NCBI RefSeq assembly: GCF_964194025.1
Contig: NC_134472.1
Location: 22,878,001-22,942,000 of the forward strand
Direction: 5' to 3'
Source of the DNA: Convolutriloba macropyga
Lineage: Eukaryota
DNA length: 64,000 nucleotides
The translations under genes were made by a program, and so were the position numbers. Within the stretch, counting starts at the first letter, position 1. Each line of letters opens with the position of its first letter. Positions 22,619 through 33,760 of the stretch are shown in pieces. The notes beneath the pieces were generated by a model. The model was given only the letters and a program-made list of their open reading frames with translations, was not told where the DNA came from and did no database searches.

Positions 22619-23137
22619 AGCCCTAATGAAACTATTTTCTTTCCATTAAAAAACCCATTTTTTCCGAAATTTGACACCTATTGTACCCCCACATCATCCT
22701 TAGAATGATACCATTCATCAGGAATAAACTGTATTCAACAACTAACATCTATTATGAAAAAAAAATTTGAAACTCTAAACTTAAAACACAAGTGTCTTCA
22801 GCTCTAAATTATGCACATTTCATTAGCAGATTGAATTCTGTCAGATATTTTGTTTTTCTGTATAGAACACCAAACTGCTGCGAGTATGTCGAAAGACTTT
22901 TGAAATACAAAACAGAAATACTCACTTGTAAGTTTTCCCAATTTCATTTTCGACTACACATAGTAGTTTGATTATTGTCAGATATTTTTTTATTCTGTAC
23001 AGATAATCAAATCACTAGGGGTAAGTCGAACCAGCGACTTTGGGGTTTGTTTATGTTTTTGGTTTTTTTGTGAACCGTCTGGTCCTTTTGTTATTTTTTT
23101 TGGTTTTTTTTTATTTTTTTTCTATTTTTAGGCTGAT

Positions 23138-23362
23138 CTAAATCAGATCCAGATCAACTAAGTTCTTGTTGAGCACCTTGCAAATGGCCTTGCAGTTTCT
23201 ATATTTAACTGCTCGGCCAGTGCGTTTGGCTACTTGTTTGCGAACACCGGGACGGCCCCCGGTTCTCTTAGCCATTTGAGGCCTGCTGAATTTGGGAGTG
23301 GGAGGAGAACCTCCCCAGTCAGAGACTGGTTCCTCCTTGATAGGTGTAGTTGGCAAACTCAT
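23138..23362 (-). CDS. 74-aa Polinton protein with a histone H3-tail-like segment and a SUMO consensus motif
   Basis: RPQMAKRTGGRPGVRKQVAK compared with H3 [22 protein letters not shown]; IKEE motif; AAAAATG start context, TATA and initiator upstream, AATAAA downstream; GC-richer than its flanks. Confidence 0.72.
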   Translation of the reverse strand: MSLPTTPIKEEPVSDWGGSPPTPKFSRPQMAKRTGGRPGVRKQVAKRTGRAVKYRNCKAICKVLNKNLVDLDLI

Positions 23363-23405
23363 TTTTAGCAAAAATTCAACAACAATTTTGTTAACAAAAG
23401 AACCA

Positions 23406-23440
23406 GAATGAAATGTGATTTTGTGTTGCAGCTATTTATA
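23406..23440 (-). promoter_or_regulatory. TATA box plus initiator for the H3-tail-like ORF
   Basis: Minus strand TATAAATA (23440-23433) about 30 nt upstream of TCATTC (23411-23406). Confidence 0.62.
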
Positions 23441-23785
23441 CTCATCCCAAATACACAAGTGTGCATGGATTAATGCTCGGAGATTAACTCACACCAAAAC
23501 TTTTACATTTTTAACCAAATTCTCACCCCCACACAGTATGAGCCATCTATCATAACAGTATGTCATTTATTAACACCCACACAAAAATGAACCATTCAAT
23601 AATTTTTAATTAAAACACACTGTTTATCTATATGAGTTTCTCATCTTAGTTCATTTAAATCACTACAAGCACTTAATCCCCTAATGACTAAAACAATCTT
23701 TTCTCACGCTACAGTAAAACTTAATCCTTTGTAAACAAAATATTGACAAGAAAAAATGGACAAAAGTGACTACGAAAATACCGGT

Positions 23786-23880
23786 GAGTCATGCTGTGAG
23801 GTACATCTTTGGAAATTGGAGGGTAGGAGGCTATACCTAATGTTAATACATAGGTACTTCCTTTTACCCCCCCCCCCCCA
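23786..23880 (-). repeat. Right terminal inverted repeat, lacking the outer ~22 bp
   Basis: CATGCTGTGAGGTAC...GGCTATACCTAAT..TAATACATAGGTACTTCCTTTTA-C13 is the reverse complement of the left end, but the expected terminal ...TTGCTTAACTATTACTACT is absent. Confidence 0.88.
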
Positions 23881-23990
23881 CCACCACCACCACCACCACC
23901 ACCACTCAAGCAGACTGCGATAGAATCTAGACTCGCGCAAGTCCATCAAATGCAATTCGTGTGGTCTTACGCTCTTGTACAAAGGTGTTT
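23867..23990 (+). repeat. Right copy of the ~120-bp direct repeat flanking the Polinton
   Basis: Matches 9541-9658 except for two extra CCA units and one C/T substitution (caactcg vs caattcg). Confidence 0.95.
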
Positions 23991-24799
23991 GAAACAACTA
24001 TCATAAAAGTGTATTTAATAGCCGCCGTCACCATGGTCGGCTATTATTAGCTTGGGTTTGTTATTCTTTACCCAAGTTTGCTGATTTTTTCGACATATTG
24101 CGTGAAATAATTTTGGCTTTGTCGGTTAAACAACAGTTGCTCAGCAGAGAAATCTAAAATGAACAAAGTATTGAAAATAAATAAAAATAGAAACTTGATG
24201 AACACATGAAGCTCAGTTTTGACGCCCGGTATTTCTAGTTCATTGCAATTGGTACTAATTCGCAGATGTGTTTGATTTTTGTATCCTTCAATAGAGTAAT
24301 ACTACAAGCAAAACCTATCATTAAGACCGAATATTACGCCAACAATCCAATAATACAGCTGACTGATGTCAATGATCCGATACTGTTAGCTTTTACGTAA
24401 ATTGAGCTTAATAGGTGAAATGACATTTAACGTAATCTTCGATATCAATGATGATTTTTGGTAGTTTTGAACCCACTCAGCCTCCTGAGCTTAGTTAGGT
24501 AAAAGCGAAGAGAAACCCTCGCCTGTCGTTCGGTAATTAGTTATGTTTAGTGTTTAGAAAGATAACTCATTTTTCATATTTGCAATTGCTTCAGTGACTT
24601 GCTTTGTAAACAAATTGATTAGTTGTTTTTTTTTGCTAAATTAATTATTAATAAAGCCTGACCCTGACTAGAGATGAAGTCAACTATTGCATTTAATATA
24701 TACCATTGGAAAGATATTTTATCGGTTACTATAGATGGTCACATTCTACGGGGGAGGGGGGTTCCAGGTCACTTAGTTACGTGTGTCTTTCTGTTTCAG

Positions 24800-24927
24800 T
24801 GAGCCTTCGTATCCAGATCAACCCTGAGAATAAGAAACAGTTCGAGGTGACACCAGAGAGGGCGTTTGCAGACTATGTGTTTGCACAGGTTATTCTCCAC
24901 TTAGTGGTGATGAACTTCATCGGTTGA
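24800..24927 (+). CDS. DAD1: DAD1/OST2 oligosaccharyltransferase subunit, last coding exon
   Basis: (V)[41 protein letters not shown] matches the DAD1 C-terminus; TTTCAG acceptor at 24799. Confidence 0.93.
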
Positions 24928-26152
24928 GAAGATTGCATAAATTTAAGCAGCTTTCAAAATGAAACAAAAGGGATGATGAACGAACTAAATTTGTGTAATC
25001 AATTTATGGTTGAGCGGATTTGTGGTCTAATATAAAAAAATGGTTGAAAATGGTTGCCAAATGTCTGGATTATTAGCCGGGTTGACGGTCGTGATAAGCT
25101 TGCGTTCCTTTATTAAAATTTTTGTACTATAAAACTTTTTTTCCACGATAATTTTAGTTTTTAGTGTATCATCGTGAGTTTTGATCAACCCGGGTAATCA
25201 ATTCAGATTTTGTTGGAAAAACGAAGAAGTTTATTGTAATGAACATCTGCTTATGGATGATAAAAAAATAACGTAATGTAAAGTATATAAGTGATCTGTT
25301 TATACATTGGTTCAGGATATATCGAATAAGTTATTTATCCGTCATGCTTCAAAAATGGCTCCTTTGTCCCCCACCCACATAAAATTTTGAGTTCCTAGAA
25401 ATTGTAGCTGCTCCGTCGATGAATTTTAAAAATATTTGTTCTCTGAAAATTTATTTGTCTTTGGGATTGGCAATTTTTTTTAGAAATGGCTACAGACATT
25501 GGTGTTCAAAGGAGTCTGATACAAGTATGTTGATGTTGAAGCTTTGGTTATGAGCTAGTTATAAATGCCTTCTAATGTTCAGTGAAACATGTGGTCTATT
25601 TAATGCCGTGGAGCGATAAGCGTTTATTGTACAGCTTATGTGTCTTAATGTTATTGGTTGTTTATATTCTTTGTAATCCATATCCTAATAGTTTTTGATG
25701 CGCTCCTCGGAATACAATATCTTGAAAAATAGCAGTCATGTTTTTATCAGATGGATGTTAATTTCTTTGCAAGCAAACAAACGTAGTTTGTGGGATGGAT
25801 TTTGAGACGTTTTCAGCCTTTGAAGTTCTGCAAGACCTAAAATGAAGCGTTTAGCCTTTAAATAATTGATCAAATGGTGATACATTTACGATGAATTTTT
25901 GTTCAGTATAAAAATGCGAACTAAGAAACCGGTTTATAATCTTCTAAGCTATAGTTTGCAATTTCAGACTTAAAATGGATGTCTCATTATTTTGCTCGCG
26001 AACTAAACAGCGGAGCAAAATAGATTAGTATTTATGTGAAAATTGAATTGCTTTTAAAAGACATCTTTGTGGTAGAAACGTGTAGCGACATCATTGGTTA
26101 TTTGTTTGTCCTTTATCTAAATGTTGTCAGCATTGATGCCGTTTGAGCTACA

Positions 26153-26644
26153 ATGTTGGAGCCATCAATATTTAATCAGTCTTCAATTGTGGGAGTTGAA
26201 TTAACAACATCTACCGTAGCTTCGATTTCTCCACAAAAATCCTCAAAACTTTCCCCGTTAGAAAACGAAACGGAGCAACGATCAGAGGATTTTAGCGCAA
26301 TTAGATCGGAAACTGACAAAGATTTATCAACGATTGAAGCAATTGAACAGAGATCCCAAAGTTTGACGGTAAGTTCCCTCGAAGAACTGAAAACACCTGA
26401 AGTTTCAGAATATCGTGAACAATTAATTTTTCAACAATTTGAAAAATTGAAACGTGATCAAGAATCTGCAGCTGATCTGAACGTTTTTGAACGACTTCTG
26501 AAGCAACGGAATTATAATCACGATTGGGTTTCTGTTATCTGCATATCGCTTTTGGTTCTGCTTGATTATTGGACGATCGTTTTAGCCAAGTTTACAAAGA
26601 TGCTCAAATCTAATAGACTGGAGAGCTGTGCTCTGATCAATTCA
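26153..26644 (+). CDS. TXNDC11: TXNDC11 exon 1; full join 26153-26644,30594-30750,36463-36611,37613-37775,39488-39645,39975-40109,47712-49187 (909 aa)
   Basis: Low-complexity N-terminus followed by a hydrophobic segment; GTAAGT donor at 26645, phase 0, compatible with exon 2. Confidence 0.7.
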
Positions 26645-28239
26645 GTAAGTTTTGAACATGCATTTAAAACAGTGCAGTTAAGCTGATTAGTTAGTTAGGT
26701 TCATGTCCTACAAGAGCCAACTTGTTCAAATCGCAATATTACAACGCTTGCTACCTTGATTTTTGATTTTGTAGTAATCGATTGAACTTCAACTCCTCTA
26801 AATTTTTTAAAAAAATGCCAGGAGTATACGGAGGAAACCCAGATAGAAGTTAGAAGTTCAGTCCAAGGTAAAAGCTGTTCAATTTGACCATAAAACTCTT
26901 AAATTCACTGCAGAAATTTACTTCAAAAGATGTAGTCATGATCAAGTTTCACGTGGGAGTGGACTTGGTTTCTTACGGAAAAACTGCAAGCTTCTATCTC
27001 CATGCATATTACTGTCATTTTCTAAAATCAAAAATTTTAGATAATGAAAAAACTTCAGCCGAATCAAACAATTGAAAACAATCAGAAATCCAAATGTTAT
27101 TGCAAATGCTTCTGAAAAACAAGTAATTTTCTATGAAAACTGCGGTTTGAGCATGATTTTTTTTTCGTCAGCGACTGTATACTGAACGTCCGAAGTTAGT
27201 TAACATCTGTCATTTTTACGAGTTAAAACCAAGTTCGATGGTATAATATTCAATTTTGGTATTTTCTCAAAAGCATAACTTCGCCATTGATCTCGCATGC
27301 TGGCGGACATGCTTGATTGGTAGTTTGAGATCATGCGCATCGGTAGCTTTCCAGTTAGTCTATTCTAAATTTGGTGAACTAACCAAATTTGCTCTGTCGA
27401 ATGTGTTTCAACAGTGAATGAATTTGCATTTGTTGTTTTTTTCATTTCTTTTGTGACAAACAACTGTACTATAGGATATATCTAGTAAGCTGTGTTCAAT
27501 CTCAAACTAAAAGGTAAGAAATACCACTAGGGCAGGAGAGAAGTAGCGTAAACCTCATTTTCCAGACTTGGTGACCTGATTTGGTTATTTTGCGCCTACT
27601 TGAGCATTTTGACTTTTGTAAAGCGCGCGGTCATAAAATTGCTATCAGCTCTCTTCGAGGCTCTGTGGGCTCTATGTGTACGATTCAAAAAAGGTTCTGA
27701 GCGACGACGGTTGAACGAATATTAATTTCAAGGTCTGAAGTGCAATTTTGAATTTGATGTAATTTACCACCGAAACTAGTAGTAATTAATACGAATTTCT
27801 CGCCTGTGGTTCGGGAGCATTTGTTTTGATGCTGGTTGGCTATGTTTTTAAATTGGAACATGTGACGTGGAATCAAGCAAGGTTATGTTGCTTGATTCTT
27901 AAGATAAAATTAATTTTTTTCTCTTTTGTTCCTCTGATGAGTTCCTTGTCTTCCTGCTCACTAAATCTGTGGTCAGTTACCGAAATCGGGAGGCCTTTGG
28001 AGTGGTGGTCAGCACCTGCGCAAGGATCAATAAATCTTGGGAGTTTCAATGGAAACACAGTTTTTGAGTATATCTTTACCCTTGAATCAGTCTAAAGATA
28101 GCTTAGCGGGGACATGGTTTTCAAACTTGAAAAGGGGACTTCCTGTATTTATAATAACAGAGACCGGCGTTCTAGAAAACAGCAGCGTTCCAGAAATCAA
28201 GGCTATATCTAACCGCGCGAAACCAGTGTGAAGAGATTT

Positions 28240-29420
28240 GAATCAATTTTGTGGTCAGATCACATCACGACGTCTGTTTGTCCACTTGCTCAAGTATGGA
28301 GCTGAGAAATTTCAATGCGAAACAGTTTTCCTCCGAAGAGTTTCAGACGTTTTGTTTTTTACAGTGAAATTCAGAGTACACAACCAAACCAGAGGCACCA
28401 CAACAATGGATTATCTGAGAGGTAAAACAGAGTTTTGCTGAAAATGGCAATGTTTTTTGAGAAGTGTTGCAGGACATTGCTGGAGATGTCAAGATAGTGA
28501 CTCAGGACTTCGCAAGGTGATGATTGAAAAAGGAGTCCTCCATTGAACCCGAACCAGGCAAGAAAGTTTAGACAAGAAAGTTTCTTTTCACGTGAGATCA
28601 GAGGTTCGAGACCTTAAATTTTCATAGTCTTCACATGGAGAATACATGGACTGCAGCAAATTTGAATCCAAGGCACTCAAAAACTCGAAAGAAACTTCGA
28701 TGGTTACGCAAACTATGACAAATGATAACTGGTTTACATAACTTAAACACGCATGGTAATTGCAGTTCGATGCGTGATCTGAGCGGAGTCTGAAAACAGT
28801 TCTATCTCTGATAACACATTTGGCTACTTCGTGAGGTTGGAGATGATCTGGAAAACATGGCAAGCAGATAAAGTCAATCAAGCAGAGAAAAAAAGTTAAG
28901 CAGACTTCAGATAATGAGAAAGCAGCCTTAGATGAGGAGTCCTTTCCAACCCTTGAGTTTTTCAGATTCAAGGGTTAGCACAATGACACATCTTAAACCT
29001 ATCAGGGTTGATTTCAATGATGATGAACAGGAGCAAGTCGACTAAACGACACGACTACAAACTTTTCCGCGGTTTTTAGAGAATCAGGAATTCACCTAGC
29101 TGTTACCAGGCAAAGTAATGAGTCGGACCAATGAAATCGACCAGTGAAGTTTGAGGCTCTCCAAGATAACGATACGTGGAAACTAGTGAGACCGCCCAGA
29201 TACATGGACGTCGTTCCGGACAAAAGTTTTCAAAGTCAAATTGGGACCTAGTTTTACAAAGCACGCTAGGTGGTAATAGGTTTCAAGCAAGTAGACTAAC
29301 TCTCCTTTGGGATTTCTAGCTCAACATAAAGGCCCAAAACATTTAGCATTCTTCGCCTTTCAGCGAAAAAAGACAATTTGATGCCTAAACTTGTCAAGAC
29401 GGCCTTACGACACTCATTTT
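28240..29420 (+). mobile_element. Degenerate Ty1/copia LTR retrotransposon fragment (integrase to RT start)
   Basis: Broken frames give PEAPQQ/NGLSER*NRVLLKMA, SKFESKALK, and EFEALQDNDTWKLVRPP...FKVKLGP...YKAR*V..GFKQ. Confidence 0.8.
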
Positions 29421-30593
29421 TTCGAGGGAGACTGTACCTGGGACTACCTCATTTGTTTGGGGAGCGAGCAACAGATGGAGATAAAAACAGCGACACTTGC
29501 AGATGTCGTTTGTTATATGTCGACTACAAAACTGTCACTTAATGTAAACTTTCACTTACGGAGATAAGTTCGAACAAAAAGTTGAAGTAAATTAATTAAA
29601 ATGATTGAAGCCATTTTCAGCTGAGCAGATCAATATCATGTTCATGAGCACAGATTAACGTCTCTATTAATAGCTGTATGACGTCAGATGTTGAACTTTC
29701 CTATTCCCAACTTTGAGCTCTCGTGATTGTGATTCCTCTGGAATTAGATAAGAAAGGAAAGAAAAGATAAACCATCTTTATTTATTCAGCAAAATTTTTC
29801 ATAATTATTTGCGCTAACAAATCAATTTTTTTTATCAGAAAACTCATAATTTTTCTGAATTTAAATTCTGAAATTTAATTTTGATTGACAACCATAAGGG
29901 AAATTGTAACTGCCGAACGACCCGCAAAAGTAACGTTTTATACATAACTAAATGTGGATAGAATTGTGCGATGTCTTATACTTGCAATAGTCAGTCTTAC
30001 AAATTTAAAATTAAAATCGATTATATTTTGAATTGAGACCAAAAGTGGGAGTATTTTATGCCCTCGTCTTTTACGTGACATATAATGAAGTGCTATGAAA
30101 TGTTGTTGAGATTTGAAGACCGCGTTAAAGGTTAAATGGGGACATTGACAGAATAGACGCTATCAGTTTTCTAGAATTCCGAAAAACAGTAGTTGTTTTC
30201 CTGAAAACTTTTTTGCAGCAATGATCACCTAGGCTATTGTCCTTGTGTATCTATAATGAGAACCAATAAAACTTTCTTATTATTAATCTCATAGTCAAAT
30301 TGATGAACTCTGTCAGATTATGAGTCTGATCCCATTTCGTTTGATGTCATGATCACTGAGCGTTCACAGCAATTTGCTAGCTAAACGTTTTGAAAATTCA
30401 TTTGAATTAATTCATGATTGAAGATGTTTGTCATGGATTGAGTAAGGTACTCTAAAGAACTTCAATTTTCTAAGATTTTTGATCGTTTCTCAAGTGGTTC
30501 TAAAGCGAATTTTATTTAACGGCAAGCATGATACGAATTGACAGAGAATTATTAGGAAACATGGTTAACTCAGAAACTTCTTCGCTGTTTCAG

Positions 30594-30750
30594 GTGATGC
30601 TGCCCTTAATCATATCCTACTTTGCAGAAGTGGACATAGTGACGAGTAAAAAGCTGTACGTTGCCTACGAGGAAGGCTATTTCTTCCCTCAAAACTCAAC
30701 TGCTAATCCGCAGCCAAGGAATTTTGGGGAAATCCATGATGGAAGATTTG
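30594..30750 (+). CDS. TXNDC11: TXNDC11 exon 2
   Basis: TTTCAG / GTGAGT boundaries; VMLPLIISYF...GYFFPQNS...EIHDGRF. Confidence 0.8.
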
Positions 30751-31499
30751 GTGAGTGTTTGGATTTGAGCAATGTAATCTTGTTCAACTGCAGCTAAACT
30801 GAAAAATGAATTGCTTGATTTGTATGCTGTCGAATGTTAACCCGTTCCTCCTTGGTTGTTCTGCTTTCGAGCAAAAGAAGGGTATTTTGTCAGTTGTCCA
30901 CCTTATCTAGTATTAGTTGATCGAAGGAGTCATTAATTGCACACAAATTTTATTATTCAAAGTATCTTGTTTAGCCTAATTGTTGTGATAAACTTATTAA
31001 ATAGTCTCCAAGTGCACCCGGGAGGCTATTTTATTTTGTTTCAGCTCTTGATTGTAGTTATTAACTGTGGTATCAGAGGTCGGACTTTGCTTGGTTAGCC
31101 CCAGTTACCGGGGATTTCAGATTCCGGCGGAAGAATATATACGAGAGTTACCTACGATTCCATATTTGGTATCAAGTATTTGGCGAGAGAGTTCTCCGCA
31201 TCTGCTTGATTGTTTTCCCCCCATTTTTGGCCATACTAAATTTTTTTAGTCAAATATTTGGTGTGAGTGTTCTCCACATTTGTTTGCCTAATTAGTTTAG
31301 GCCCCAGCGGTCACTTCCCTCAGTCCCCCTTTTATCTCAAGTTACAGTGGTGCCGCCACTGCCCTAACCTCTCTGCAATATTTGTAACGAGCCTTGCAAT
31401 GTACAAGGAGTGCATTTTGTGTCAAATATAGGAAAATATATGTTTACTTTGGTTGTTTGGGATTTTGAATTACCGCAAATATCAAAGAAGTGATCTACT

Positions 31500-33760
31500 G
31501 ATCATGTGTTGGTTTTACTCCAATCTTCACTGCAGAACTTTTCGCGCTGGATAAAATTACAGCCGTTGAGACAAAGCTCGATTATTTTGATTCTTTTATT
31601 CGCTAGGTGACATTGCTACGCAATGAGATAGCGTTGATAAAGAAGCCAGAATTCCCTTTTCTAAAAGCAGCAAAAAGTTGACCCGCCAGGAATCGAAACG
31701 ACAGTTGGTCCAGTTATCACAGTGCAACAGTAAACAAAAGAGAAAGGCGGATGAATTTGAATTTGAAACTGTATAGAGAAAAGTAAGATCAACTAAGAAG
31801 GTAAAAACGGGAACCAACACATCCAGTAGTCATCAAGGTTGTCAGAAAGTCCCCGAAGCGTTGTCATTTATATGTAGGTCGATTGAGTCAGAACATAACA
31901 GCATCAGAAATGGAGTACTGTAGAAAATAACGTTGAACTACTTCATATTCCCCAAATTTCGAAGTCTCAAGCTCAATTGAAAGCTTTCCATTGGCTATTT
32001 GTTCGATGAGGAGAATGTTGAGTTACCTGACTTCTTGCCTGAAAACGTTATGGTGTCAAGATTTTACCTGAATGAAGCCACCCGTGATTGGCTGAAAAAA
32101 GTGGATCATAATTGACTACTAGCCAGTCCTCGATTAAAACAACGGACGATACAAAGATCTGCAGAACTGAAAATTTGTCTACAAAATGTACGCTCTGTCA
32201 GGAACAAAACAAAAAATGTAAATGCCCTCTTGGAAGTAAATGAATTTTTTTAGAGTATTTAATAGAATCGTGGATTACGAAAAACTCAGATGAAGATTTT
32301 ATTCTAAAGCAGTGTTGTCCCCCAGAATTTCTTTTCTACAGTGCACCAATGGTTAATAAGAGAGGAGGTGGAATTTGCCTCTTTGACAGAAGTGATCTCC
32401 ATTTGGAAAATTTTGAAATGTTTACCTCTTAATTTTTTGAGTGCCGTTATGCCTCTTTAACTGTTGGGGCTACCACTAGTTTAGTAATCTTTGTTTATCG
32501 ACCACCTGGATTAAATGTTAAATCTTTCATTGATCACTTTACTATTCTATTCGAAGAAAAAGGCTACAATTTGACAAGACTGTTCTCCTGGGTGATTTTA
32601 ACATTTCACTGAATGTAAAGACCGATGCATCGAAAATGTGGAAATTGTTTTTTGAAGATTTCGGCCTGACTCAGTACGTCTGCGAGAAAACGCATAGAAG
32701 TGGTAGGATTCTTGACCATGTAATAGCGTCAAACAATATTTCAATTAGTGTTAAATCGAAAAGCTTCAATATTTCTTCGGACCATTCGTTTATTTGCTTC
32801 TCGCTCAGAAATGTGAAACAACGCAAATCTCAACAACAGTTGATGTATGGAAGTCGGAAGAAGTTTGACTCCCAAGCTTTTATTAAGTTAATGAAGCCGT
32901 GTGGAAATTTGATTTTGCCTCAAATATTGATGAAGCATGGGATATGTATCTAAGGTTTGAGGAGACTATTTTGGATTCCGTTCTACCACCCAAAATAAAA
33001 ACATTTACTCAACATGAATGCCCATTTTTGACTATCTTTTGAGTTTGAAACGAAAGAAGAGAAAAGCAGAGCGTAAATATAAAGTCGAAAGCATCTCTAC
33101 TAAAATCTGAATATGAAATTGTAACCCATATGTATTCTTAGAGATGCGTAGATTGTACATTGAGAATGCGTTGATGGAAAATTGTAGCCGTAAAAAGTGT
33201 GCCACCTTAAAATTAGTTATTTCTGTGTGTCGTAGATGTTATTATTTCCTGCAAAAAATTTGTTCCATCAGAGATACATTCGACAGAAAGTCGTTGATCG
33301 AGTTAGTTCGAGTAATGATCCTCTCGCGACTAGATTACTGCAACTCACTGTACTATAGACTACCTGTGTATAATATACAGAAATTACAGCGTATGAACTC
33401 AGCATGTCTCATTTTTAGGCTATCACCTGGTTCATCAACAACAAATTATATCAAACTGCTTCTTTCGCTACCCATGAAACAACATGTCCTCTACAAATTT
33501 CTACTTTTTGGTCACCGTTTGGTTCACCATCCGTGGGAAAATTTCCGTGTATCGTGGCGCATAACTTTTCCGAAATGAAAAGGTGACTAGATGCCGTTAT
33601 GCATACAATTTGAAGGTTTCTAATGTCAGGACTTCAATTGGGCGGAGATCATTTAGTTTTGCGGTTCCTTTTGAATGGAATAATTTGCCTTTGGAAATGA
33701 GACTATTATCCCATGAATTTGATCATCGGAAAAAACTGAAAACTTTTTTTTAATCTTTGA
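31500..33760 (+). mobile_element. Degenerate non-LTR retrotransposon (L2/CR1 group), internally deleted
   Basis: APE motifs LQNVRSVRNK, RGGG, YRPPG, GDFNI, THRSGRILDHV and SDH; post-RT motif LSRLDYCNSLY; many stops and frameshifts. Confidence 0.85.

Larger units (their letters stand above)
9659..23880. mobile_element. Polinton/Maverick (adintovirus-like) endogenous element, probably defective
   Basis: Left end starts AGTAGT (9659). Sequence 9678-9770 is an imperfect inverted repeat of 23786-23880. Contains ATPase, integrase, penton, hexon, adenain protease and pPolB in compact viral organisation. Confidence 0.96.

Noticed and set aside
22495-22635. Hammerhead ribozyme in the hairpin region
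   Set aside because: No CUGANGA core is correctly placed with GAAA; only partial look-alikes (CTGATAG, CTAATGAAAC).
23138-23362. A true histone H3 gene or pseudogene
   Set aside because: No histone-fold sequence follows the tail-like segment.
23721-23997. Poly-Gly / poly-Trp ORFs
   Set aside because: They are translations of the C-run and (CCA)n microsatellite at the element junction.
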